From Pseudovirgaria hyperparasitica (Eukaryota), in NCBI GenBank assembly GCA_010093815.1, contig ML996576.1: a stretch of 64,000 nucleotides of DNA. The stretch is one strand, 5' to 3'. Shown piece by piece: positions 37,102 to 49,108 of the stretch. The translations under genes were made by a program, and so were the position numbers. Numbering within the stretch: position 1 is the stretch's first letter; the number at the start of each line of letters is the position of its first letter. The notes under the pieces are model-generated. The model was not told where the DNA came from. It saw nothing but the letters and a program-made list of their open reading frames with translations, and did not search any database.

Positions 37102-40100
37102 CTACTGGAGGACCAGTTGATGGTCCGGGCTGGTACCCTGACGAGCACGGTTGGCTGCGGGCTCCCCGGTCATCAGCTGCGTGCCGCTGCCTTCCCACCG
37201 CCAGATCGCTCCGCCATATGGCGGCTGATCCACCCAGGACTGATGCCCGACCGTGGCATCTAGATTGACGTTCGGCGCCTGAACGCGCGCCTCACGAGGA
37301 GAGTCTTGGTGATGGGTTCTCAAGAACGGAAAAGAAAGCCACAACGGACCTTCCAGACACACCGCTGCCGGGTCGTAGACGCGCGCTCCGACCTCATCCG
37401 AAGCACCCGAGTCTGCGGCGCCAGTCTGAGCGGGCCGCGATTCTGCCGGCGCAGACGTCTTGACCTTAGGGTCCGCCTTCTTCCTGTCCTTACGCACGCG
37501 TCCCGCGCGCCGGCTTGCTTTCTTCTGGGCATCACGCGACCTCTTCTTCTCCAGGAATTCCTCATTGATGAGTTTCTGCTTGAAAGCATTTGGTGGCGGT
37601 GTGATGTTGACCCAGTCTGGGTTCGTCATCCACGGGTTGTGTTGTGGATCCTGGCGGTACCAGGCGGACAACACGCGCAGGTCGTTAATGGTCGGCACAC
37701 GCCACTGGAGCATATGCAGAATCCTTTTGAGAGTATCGCCGCACTCCATCGGCTTCGGTGCGTTGTATTCGGCATTGTCCCGGAACATAATCCAACTGTT
37801 CGACGCCTCGTCGAAACGCAAGTCCCACGATGTACGGCATAGCAGCTGAAGCGGATGGATCACTCCGGACTTGAAAAGATCTTTGTGGATGTCGCGAATG
37901 TACACAGCGTCGAGACCGGTCTGCTCGTTCTTAGAGCAGAACTGGAGCTTGTAGCGCCGGTACCATCGTTTTGCCCTCATTGCGAGCTTGCTCCTCAGGC
38001 GGCTATAGTTGTACTTGATACTCTTGATGTTGTTCCAATCGACGTCTTGGTCGCCGACAATGTTTCTCGGGGGAGGCGACATGCGATCCAAGACATCGCC
38101 GGGGCTGGCTCCCAGCGCGATATAGTAGCACAGAGCCCACTCTTCGAGTTCACGTGAGATCCTCAATGGCAGGAAAGGAAACTCTTTCACCATCTGGCCC
38201 CATTGATTACGAACTATGCGGCCCTTCTCGTCACGCAAGAATGTCGGTTCTCTCTCTTTCTCATCTGGGCGGACATGGATCAGACCCATGAATCTGGGCA
38301 GCATGTCTTCTGTATAGGTCCTTTGCTCTGCAATGTAAGACGTGAAGTCGGTGTCATCATGGTCGACTCTTCTGCGCGGATGAACTTGGTAATGTTAGTT
38401 AGGTCTTCGTAGCGTAACAGATGAACTCACCATAAAGATTTGTATCATTAGGCGCAACAATAAGGCCTCTGCCAGAGGCATACGGAAAATACTGTGCTCC
38501 GGGATATGATGGAATAGACACCACTTTACCAATGGCTGATGGGCGGCCAGATTCATCAAGAATGAGAGGTTCGGCGGTATCCAGAGTATAGTCCGAGTCT
38601 CGGACAGCTTCGTCGTCGTGTTCACCGTCTACAGAACTTCCAGCAATATCGAGGTCCTCGGCTGGAGTGGCTGGGGAGCTTGGCTTGGGCGGACGGCGTG
38701 GAGTTTTCGCATCTTCATCGACCGAATATTTCTTTTCCAACCGTGTGTGATAATCGGCCGCTGATGTGCTACTGTTAAGGATCTCTTTGTGCAATCGGTG
38801 AGCCCTCGCGTCTGCCTTACAATCCTGGGACGAATGTACTGGTCCCGACGTTTGAGGTGAGATATGTGATTGAGATCTGAAATTTCCAAGGTTAAAAGTA
38901 TTCTCATGTCCAAACGCAGTTTCATGTGGCCTTTTGGATGGCGGTGGAAATGTCGTATATGGGTTGGATAATGAGGGCGGATCCGCGTGACGCTGTGCGA
39001 CTGTGCTGTGCGATGCATTGATTGGAGTCTGATTGTGGCCGTAGACGCTCTGTGACGGAACATGTTGTCCACTGCTGTCACCATAGACGTGGCTAGCCAT
39101 TGCATTATGTCGATCGTCACCATATGTGTAGCTTGTTGAAGGAGGGTACCCGCCGTTACCACCAAAGGCATAGCTAGTAGAAGCATGGAATCCGTTGTTG
39201 TTACCATAAGCGTGGTTCAGCGAAGAAGGGTATTCAGTATAAATACCGTAGGCATCATTGGAAAAAGAAGGGTATGAAATATCGCCGCCATAGCCGTAGT
39301 TGGATGAAGAAGGATATCCATTGCCGCTACCATGAGCATGATTGGACGAAGATGGATATCCACCGAAAGTACCATACGGCTGATTAAATGAAGAAGGGTA
39401 GTCAGCACCATTACCATAAGTGGTGGTAGATGAAGCAATGTACCCAGCATTACTGTCAAGGGGTCGACCAAGAGGTGCAGGATATGTGTTGTTGGCATGA
39501 GTGTACGGAGTAGGAACAAGATAGCCACCGTGGCCACCATAAGCGATATTGGAAGTAGGATATGCATTGCGAGCAGCAGAGGAATTGTTGTATCGATGAT
39601 GCACACCCTGTCCACCATAGATGTTGCTGGAAAGGGGTCTCGCATTGCTAAGAAGAGTGTGTGCACTGTGGCCGATCAATGCTTTGATCGGAGAAGGGTT
39701 TCCACTGTTTCGGGCGGAGGCATGACTCTGTGGTAGTGTATGTTGTTCAGTCGAGGGCTTAGCATCCAATGGCTGGACCACAGTTGGATACGGGGAGCTA
39801 TACTGTTTGGGACCATTGTTACGGTGACTGGTCTTTGGGGAGTCTGTCGTCACGGTCGTGTGATTATGAGGAATGTGGCCCTGATCGTTTAGATCGACGG
39901 TCGTCCTGTAGTCGGTGTAACGAGTATTGCCATACCCGGCAGTGGCATTAGTGCTATGGGGGATAGTATCCTGGTCCTTCTGAACCCTGATGTCATGATT
40001 CGAGGGGTCGAAAACGTTGAGTTCGCGTGGATTATATGTATTCTCTGCAGTCCTGGTATGCTCGCTCAGGGGAAACGGAGCTACTGTAGCGAGTGTGCCA

Positions 40101-40171
40101 TGGCTCAGAGTCGAAGTCGAATGCAGATCGTGAAGCTCTCCCGTGAGGATGAGACTACTCTTGTCAGCCAT
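37102..40171 (-). CDS. Orphan protein, shared-domain copy C, with Y/G/S/N 14-residue repeats (~1007 aa)
   Basis: 590-aa and 400-aa ORFs join in frame through a 46-nt phase-1 intron 38430-38385 (GTGAGT..CTAAC..AAG), giving NLY-V-HPRRRVDHDDTDFTSY..TEDMLPRFMGL..GRIVRNQWGQMVKEFPFLPLRISRELEEW..GASPGDVLDRM..KLAMRAKRW. Confidence 0.75.
39105..39565 (-). repeat. Degenerate 42-nt coding repeat (YPSSSNHAYGxxGG-type), about 8-10 copies
   Basis: Consecutive units YPSSFNQPYGTFGG, YPSSSNHAHGSGNG, YPSSSNYGYGGDIS, YPSFSNDAYGIYTE, YPSSLNHAYGNNNG, FHASTSYAFGGNGG, YPPSTSYTYGDDRH. Confidence 0.85.
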
Positions 40172-43100
40172 AGGTTCTGGATATCAACACAATTGGACAA
40201 AATTCTCCGCACTGATCACGATACAGGAACAGTGTTAGCATTGCCAGCTTACTTTGCTTCCCTACCACGCAACGAAAGGTCACTTTCGCCTTCCTGTGAC
40301 GGCAAATGGAGTTGAGTTTGCTCTCCTGCCATTGCAAACTGCGACTGTTGGCTATTTTCCAATGTATCTGAGTACAGATCTTCTAGAACTGCACGTGAAA
40401 GAGAATTGTGACGTTACAGATGAGAGTGGAACAGGCTCAGGGGGGGTGGACCAGTTTGACTTTGCTCAGCTTATATCGATTGTCCGGAGCGAAGATACTG
40501 CGAAAAACGAGTGGGACACGAACAGGATGTGTGCAAGACGTACGAATGTATGATCGGAGAAGGCCGGACGAAATCGAGTTGGTGTGCTGACATATGAAAA
40601 CCTCTCTTTTACCACGTGAGCGTAGGGATATTTCACTCAACACAGTGAATTACGCGAGACCATAGGCGAAGTGATGACCCAATAGTTCAATCGTCGATCG
40701 TCCCGGAGGAAAGACCTAGCAAATCGGACTCCTTCCTCGTACTGGAGGGTTCATACGCAATCATGGATAATCGGATCCCTACGGTGCCGGGTAGATGATG
40801 CTAGCATAATATCACCCTTTGACTTGGTCGTAACTAGAGCAACGGTGACAATAGAGGCGACTTTTGTAGACTAAGAACAAGCCAATTGTCTATGTTCAAG
40901 AGTCAAAATATGAGTAATAAGTCTGGGGATGAATACGATCAGTCATGAGATGTATAGAGCAAGATATACGAGTAAACAGAGACTGTTTAGATCAAACTTC
41001 CATGTCTACGATTAAGATTTTATAAATCATCCCTGAATTAGTGTAGAAGCTTTTTAGAATACTATGCAATCGCCTAAAATCGCCTTAAAGCTGATCAATA
41101 ATACTTCTAAATATCAGGGGCACATCCAAAAGCGTCATGAAGCATGACCTGGATAGACTAGTACGTGACAACTGCCTTTGAATTGCTACTTTACCACTTA
41201 TATAGTAGATCAATGTCATGGAAATAGAGTAGTTCATTTCTAACAAACAAGCTTCCACCACGCTCCAGTACCAAGTCTCGTAAATCTACAGGAGAAGACT
41301 TCGTATTCCGGTCGCTTCGGGCCGCACATAACCTCAACCATCTTCGCGGGTCTCAAACCCTGTAACTTTCTTCCCAGGAAAAAGAACGCAAAGGAGTGTC
41401 AAGTCATCATACCGCAGAGCCATAGTTCCTAGGAAACCCCCAATCTATAACAAAGATACGCATCCTTCATACACTACGGCCACACACATTATTTTGGTGT
41501 TCAAGATCCGCATCTGAAAACAACGGGAACAATGGTTGACCAAATTTCGAAACAAGCCACACACCTCTTCGGAACTAATAGAGCCTAGAAGACAGAAAGA
41601 GATTTTTGGAACATTGCACCTAAAGATCGATCCTGGGAGAGGCGTACTATAGAGTGAAATATTGAGAGGGGGACGTTATAGTCTATCATATAAGCGCGAA
41701 GAGATATACCAAGGAAGAGATGATGATGTAGAGTTGAAAATTCAAGAGACAGAAAATCTCGTGGAAAATATGTACTGGAAAACAATATAGACCTAAGCAA
41801 CTCTGAGAATCGCTTTCAATCACGCCTTGGCTCGTGTTAAATATACGTTGCTGAAACTGGAACAACGTCTTTTGATAGGATTTTTGAATGGATTTTTGAA
41901 TCACAAGCTTTCGAATACTATTCTTTTGAATAAAGATTGCCATAACAAGACTCTGTTTTGAATATGGAAAACCTCTTAGAGGGAAGCTTAAAGAACCATG
42001 GGATCAAAGAAAGCCTACGCCTTGTATCTTTACTAGGGTAGAGAGATCAAGAGTTAAATCTAGACAAGAGACACAGCGTAGTCCTTACACAGTACTCTCA
42101 CCAACCATGGACTGAATTGAACCTTTTGACCTGATCACAAGCTGTCTAAATCAAACTTGTATCTCGCGGAGATATACATGTGTCTTCCTGTGTGCTATTC
42201 GTGACTCTTAGGGTCTCTATTGCTCTGTTTGATGCCTATTTGTCCTCGCTATACCCGAACTCGGCATTTACCCGTGCGACTGAGGAACCGAGGGGGGAGG
42301 AAGGCTCGGAAAGGTTTACGAACTCGTAATGCTTGGATGGTGGTGGTGCGCGTGCGCAATAGAGTGTGCTTTCACGGTCGTCTTTGAGGTATTTGCTGAG
42401 CCCTGTCGTCGGCTTGCCTCTTCGTAGGTGTTACTTATCTTATACTCAGTCTCATGGACCAGTAATATGTCGTGAATGTCCCGAGAGAGTAAGGTCTACA
42501 TGAAGGGTTTTTACACGAGCATTTGACCTTGGGCGCTGATCTCGTGGTATGTCTCTTGTTTCGGTACACTGGTACAGGTCTGGTCCAATTATGTCTCTTG
42601 TAGATCACGTATCCGACGCGTTGTGGCTCGAGTATTTGTTTGGTATAGAAGAATCGTGTGGTCTGTGAAGCATGATATCGTCAAGTGTTTTGTGTCTCCA
42701 CCGGTTTTTCACGAATGAACAGGGTGAAGCTGTGCACTCCCATAAAGATGAAAAGATGCGATATCCATGTATTAACTCCTGGTCCACTGTGTAGAGTGAA
42801 AGATGGCTTGAGGACATGGGAAAACACTGCTGTGTGGCTGCGAAGAGATTGGATGTTATCCAAGGTCTTGTGGATTCCTCTTCAAGACTATCACCCTCGA
42901 CAGCCGAAATTTCAACGACACTGGCTCGATATATTAACCCACTAGTAACCTGTGATGTTAACGTAACTAATCACGAGTTCTTGCAGCACCGATATTGAGT
43001 CATTTTGGCACCTGTTTCGAAGTCCTCACGGCGCCTATAACGAATGCCTACCGTGCCATACAGTTCCCGTGGGCAGTCGGCGCCAGTTTAATGTCTCTTC

Positions 43101-45629
43101 TTATACACAAACCAACCTGAATACATGCTTGTATGTACTGTGTTGCACTCAATCATAAGAAGCTTCATGCAATACGGACTAGGTCCAAATTGTGGAATCA
43201 CCTCATATGTACATGATAGGCATTTGTTGAGATTAGATCCAAAGGAAAAGAAGGGGAAGACATAGAGAGAAACCATCTACGACAAGCAACTTGGACATAC
43301 ACCTACCACATCGATACCTAGACAACGAATCTAGGCAGACATCACACGATTAGTTTAGGAATACTGTCTATTTATTACTTCTGCACAGATGTGCCATCTC
43401 TTTGCTATACCTGTAACCTATATCCACCTTGAAACTCTATACTCTCAATACTTGCTCCCTACACATACATATCATACACCCTCTGGGCAGCACAGTACAT
43501 ATAAACTTATCTATAAAGACCCATGCTATAGCGGTACACCAAAACACATATACTCTTAGACGTAAGACTAACTTAAAGGACTGCGACAAAGGACATCTGA
43601 AAGATCCCGTTCCTGACCCGGTATCACATTCTATCTGCAGGCTCATCTCTCAACTATCATCAGGGCCTACTACCGACATATATACTAACTAAACTCGCCC
43701 CGTCTCCTAACAGACCACTCACTCCCAGGGCTTCAAACTGCGCTGCTTTGAAAGAATTCCAGCTCCTCCTAATATATTCTACCAGCCATTCCAACTCTTT
43801 ACCTCTTTTCTTCCAGCAGTCGAGAATTGTGCCCTCGTACCTTGCCATGCGGCATGTTGCCGTCGCAGTGTCGAAGCTGATATTTGCCTCTCGCCTTGAA
43901 CAGCCCCAAAAGACACAAATGATAAATTCTTGCGACCGTCGACCATCCGTTCTGGACCCTCCATAATGGTCGTTAGTGATAGAAAGTAGTCGAGTACACA
44001 TATTGTGGCTAGAAACCTGATATCTTGACAGCACTCAGAATCGTCCCGCTAGCTGTGCTAAAGCATAAACCGCAACACGACCACCAAGAGACGCATGTTC
44101 GTAAGTGCAGGTACATCACTCTGACTTCTATCAACCCGCCCATACAGCAAAAATCTCCGCCATTCGAGCATTTGTAGGATCTTCGTAACACATGTCGATG
44201 TATATACAGAGGCAGTCTCACCAGCTAGAACCCTCATCAGATATACAATACAAACTACGGAGTCCCCACAAACCACTCGAGTCTCCCCAAATCGCAAGAA
44301 ACTGTCAATAAACCCACACCTCGCCACCCCTAAAACCACAGTCTCGTCATGTACGGACGTTAACATACCTCACCATCTCCCGCACATACACTACACACTG
44401 CCAAACGTCCGCTTACCACCGAAGCACACTTTCAAAAGCACATCGCGGCGATGCCCCTTCGTAGCCATCATCCACACATGTACACTGTTATATCGCTATT
44501 GAGGTGCATAAGCAGTGCGCCGTCATCATTCACGACATGATCGAAATAGAGACGTCAAAAGTGTACAAGTGTTGAATAATCCGAAAGTTTGATCATACTC
44601 GAATGTCTCACGCATAGCTTTCTCCTAAGTCAAACCACCCCCTACGCATTCGAAATTCTACTGAGCTAGTACTGACTTATATGAACAGACAAACAGCTAA
44701 ACGGATAGACAGCTAAACACAAACAGCTAGACACAAAATCCTACGACCAAACAAGACGAATAAACCGTCCCAAATACCTTACCTTCCCAAAAAAAAAAAC
44801 ACAAACTACGCGATATCCCCAGTCCGCAAAACACATATATCAATCCCATCGATGATCCATGCGCCCAAAAGATTCAGGGAGTACTACACCGCTGTTTGTC
44901 TGTCGTAATGTATACACACATACATGTAATATATATACCGTGTACAAAGCCAGGCAAAGGTAAAGAGTATGCCTTGGCTCATGATTCGTAGCTTTTATAT
45001 GGATCTTTGAAAATGGTAAGGTATTATCCGTATGCTTTGAGCGTGGACCGTGGTTGGTCATGGGACACTGATACTGATGTTAGTGTGAGGAGACGTCAAC
45101 CTGATGGAATTTGTAAGTGATGGGATCTTCTTCTACAGGTGATATATACAGATTATTGCTACTTTCTTAAAGCGTCACGAACCCTAGAGTCTCTTGTAGA
45201 CGCCATACATACATAACCGTATATGCTCGACCATGGGCAGAGGGTATGTTTTCTTGTGGCTATGATGGGACATCTGAACGAATGTGTATATAACTAGCAG
45301 GCGGTGTGTTGAGTGAAACGGGTCTGCCCGGCTCATGAGGGAGTGGCAAATAGACCGAGATGGCTTCCATCGCAGATAGCACACTAAAGAGTACACAAAG
45401 AAGAGACTACGTTACACTTTCTTTAATGCTTAGAAACAGAGTTATCCAGATCCTACCTACATTAACAAGCCGAGAGCTCCTGCATCATAATCATCCAATT
45501 GCATCCAGTTTCACTCAATCACATTCCCTGCCTACAGTACGTTTTACAATGTCTCTTATCCACATAGCCACTCCATCGCTTGGAATAATCGCTTGACATC
45601 CATCCGTATTCAGGGGCAGGACAGAGCGT

Positions 45630-47996
45630 CTACTCTGGCCCACGCAACTGCCAGTGTTCGTCCTCGTCGTAATCTAAGCCTCCTACACGGCGGTAGTGGT
45701 GGTAGTTGCGGTGGTGACGGTGGCGATGGATTTCAGCCTCAGGAGTAGATTCCAATATCTCTCCTTCTTCGAGCTCGTACATTTCGTCGTCGACCTCGGT
45801 GATTGGGGAATGGGCGGTGTCTTCGTCAGCCATTTCCTGCATCATTTCTTGCTTGGGGTTGGATGGGGTGCAAGGCTCGAATTTATGCTCTGATTCTTCC
45901 TCGACTTCACGTTCGATTTCTGGCTCGGTTTCATGCTTGATCTCACCTTGGGTGTCGTTCTCGGCGGTGCTGTCTGTGGGCTCTTGTTTGATGGCCTCGC
46001 TGATTCTCTCCTCCACTTCCCCTTCCATGTCCTCTTCGATTTTCTCTTCGCCTTCCTCTTCAATGTCCTCTTCAATATCCTCTTCGATCTCCTCATTGAC
46101 CTCTTCGTTGGCTTCTTCCTCGACTACTTCATCAATTTCCTCCTCGATGTCATCCTCGATTTCGTCTTCAATTTCGTCTTCAATTTCCTCCTCACTCTGA
46201 TAGTCCTCATACTCGTCCTCGTCCTCGCCTTCGTCATCACTCTCGTCCTCGGTGTCATCTCCCATGCCATCGTCGTCCTTTGCGATATACTTGAGCACTC
46301 CAGTCTTAGTTCTCTTGACACGACGGCCATCATTCAGCGTCCGAACTCCACTAGCACGCTTCTTACGATTACGCGGGTCCTTGGGTTTTGGTTGCTCAAA
46401 GTAGTTAGTGCAGCCAAGTGTGGAGGTACCGTCGGGGAGAATGTTATCGATAAACTGCTTCTGCAGCCTCTCTAGATGGTGCATTTGTGGCATCCTTTTG
46501 CGCTCCCAGCCTATCGCCTCGAGGGTCTGCATCACACGTTCCGGCAGCGGTTGTGGGCGAGGCAGCAGGTGGCGGATATGCACAGCACTGCCCGGCTGGC
46601 GCATGTACCAGATCTTGCTAACAGTGTCGTAGTGGATGGGCCAAACGACGTTGTGGAGGAGATTGAGGCCTGGCGGGAAAAGAACGTCAGCTAGAAATGA
46701 GGCAATGGAGGATTCAACAAGAACTTCGTACCGCTGAGAGAGCGTCCGACAATGTTCTTGTCTTGCGGGCAGGGCCCTTGTCTACCGCTACCATCTGCAA
46801 GCTTGCGACGTCGACTGATGGGTCCTAGACCACCGATCTTAGAGCGGATGCGAGATGCACGGTTACTGAGACGGCGTGGAAGTTGGCTGTAGAACAGAGC
46901 AGGGCCAGCTTCGCCGAGTCTGGCAAACTCTTCCGTAGGAGGGACACGTTCGATGATCTACAATTTGTCAGTGGGTAGCGTGCAATTATATGAGGATAGA
47001 TCCCACATGGTGCAACTTGATACCAAAAGCGGCAGTGAGCGCAACTTGCCAGTCTCCGTTGTTGCTGATGACAGCATCATAAGGGATAAAATCTGGAAGA
47101 AACGGGATTTCCTTGAGATGTTTTCCCTGTGGTCCCAACACGGGCGACCCATCTAGATGGTACTTGTAGCTGAGTTGTACCCTATCAGGTTGTGGGAGAA
47201 GGACACCCATGAGGGTTGGAAGGTTATCGAGAGAGGCACTCTTCTGTGGTCCAGAGAACAACACATAGTCGATCTTATCATTCAGTGTTCGATACACGAT
47301 CTTGCCTTTGTCACAGTATTAGTGAACCTATGATCATATCCGAATTGATTTAAGCTGACCTCGAAGTATATTAGTCACGGTAACTGCACCTGGAGGATCG
47401 AAGTAGGGCCCATTTGCATTCCTGTAGAGCTTCTCTTCGAGATCACGACACGTATTTGTCTTCTTGGGCTTCTCCTTCCGCCTTGGGGCCAGATACTCAG
47501 CTGGCGGTGCAGATGGCTCAGCAGGTGGTTGAGCTCGCTGAAGAGCTACTTGGAAGCGTTCAGTGGCTGCTTGGATTTGTTCACCAGCTGATGGCACACG
47601 GACTGTACTCCTGCCGTACACATTGCTATGTTCCAGCAGCAAGTCGAGACGTCTGTCTCGTCCGAACATCTCGTATGTCCAGGCTACATCTCGAGGCGCC
47701 GGGAAGCGAGGATATATTCCCGTAGCATGTTCAATTAGACTCCCAAGATTGATAATGGCTTCAACGATAGGTCTGTGCTCATTGCTCGAGTATGGAGCAC
47801 CCGCATATTGCTGGGCTCGATGAAGATCCTGCTCGGCCAAGAAGCTCAGTGGAGGCCTGCCTAGCTGACCTAGTCTACAGCTTGAAATCGTGTCAGTCCC
47901 AAGACGGTAAAGAGGTGATGATCATGATTGTGAGTCGTATAAAGCTTTCGAAACAGACAAAGAAACTTACTTTGTCGTTGATTGATGTCCACGCAT
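45630..47996 (-). CDS. Orphan protein, shared-domain copy D, with long acidic C-terminal tail
   Basis: Five exons splice in frame: ATG 47996; introns ~47970-47876, 47359-47306 (AAG acceptor), 47006-46958 and 46731-46670. Domain SLDNLPTLMGV..GSPVLGPQGKHLKEIPFLPDFI..GDW..FGIKLHHIIERVPP..RLSNRASRIR..LNLLHNVVWPIHYD..W; E/D-rich tail and HRHRHHRNYHH. Confidence 0.75.
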
Positions 47997-49108
47997 GACT
48001 ACTGTGATACTTGTCCAACAAGTACCAAGACCACCAGGTCGGAGACGATATGCAGATGTTTTAAGAGGACGATAAAGTGTTGAAGAGGAAATTAGGGGTG
48101 ACAAACACGACCAAAGGGAACGGTTATGGGTCAGTATGACAATGAGGCGCGTGCGACGCTAAGCCATTTCTGGCGTGAATGTTTGTATACGCCCAATACT
48201 CGGTCTCCATGGCGTATACATTCACTCGTACTCGACTATTCATGACTTTTATTTTGAATCAGAAGGCCGTTCTCAAGAGTCACTCTCGGTCATTAGGCCT
48301 TTGCTATCCCACACCAATCTGTACATGCATTACAAGAGCGCAAACACTACTTGAATCCGATATGTGAAAGATCCGTCGGCTTTATAGTGATGGCCAGCTA
48401 CTCTAAGAAAATCTGTCTGGGCAAATTAAATTTGCACGAGCGTTGCCGAAGTCCATTTTCACCAGATAATTCAACATAAGACGTGACGTATGTAACATCA
48501 GTGAGAAGCCTGGCGACGATTTTTTCACCACAAATAGGCCATATGGCATGCGTTCGTTCGGGTGCTGTGTGCATAGGACAGCCATTAAATTCTTCACTAT
48601 TGAAAATCACAAGCAATTCTCAAATGTTCACACAAGCTTGCAAGTTCAAATTCCAATGATTTACATTCTATAATCAAAGTTTTCCACGATTGAGTAATCT
48701 TTTTGCAGAATGATCGCACAGAGCCGATTACTCTCAGTCTCCTATGATAGAGGCATAAACCCAACCGATAAAGTACGAAGAGAAGCATTGAGCAACAAGA
48801 TGTACAGGCAGAGGTGAACAAAGCAAATCGACAAGCCATTCACTGCCCGGGTACCCAACTAAATCGGCGCTGAAGCACGCACCCATGATGCGTATACAAA
48901 ACTGCGTGCCAAAGGTTGATATGTGACGTCTCTTTCGCTGATAATGAGATCTCCTACCTTGGCTGATCTACCCGAACGACATACCGGGCCCGGTCACCTA
49001 GAGCGGTTCGCGACACCCCAGCAGCCGCACGAAGTAGACCAGCCGAAGAATAGAAGACCTCATCATCGACGAGCCATCCCAAGTTCCCTGCACCACCTAA
49101 CTCTACCC

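Noticed and set aside
45799..46475. Ser-rich and hydrophobic plus-strand ORFs
   Set aside because: Antisense shadows of the Glu/Asp-rich tail of paralog D.
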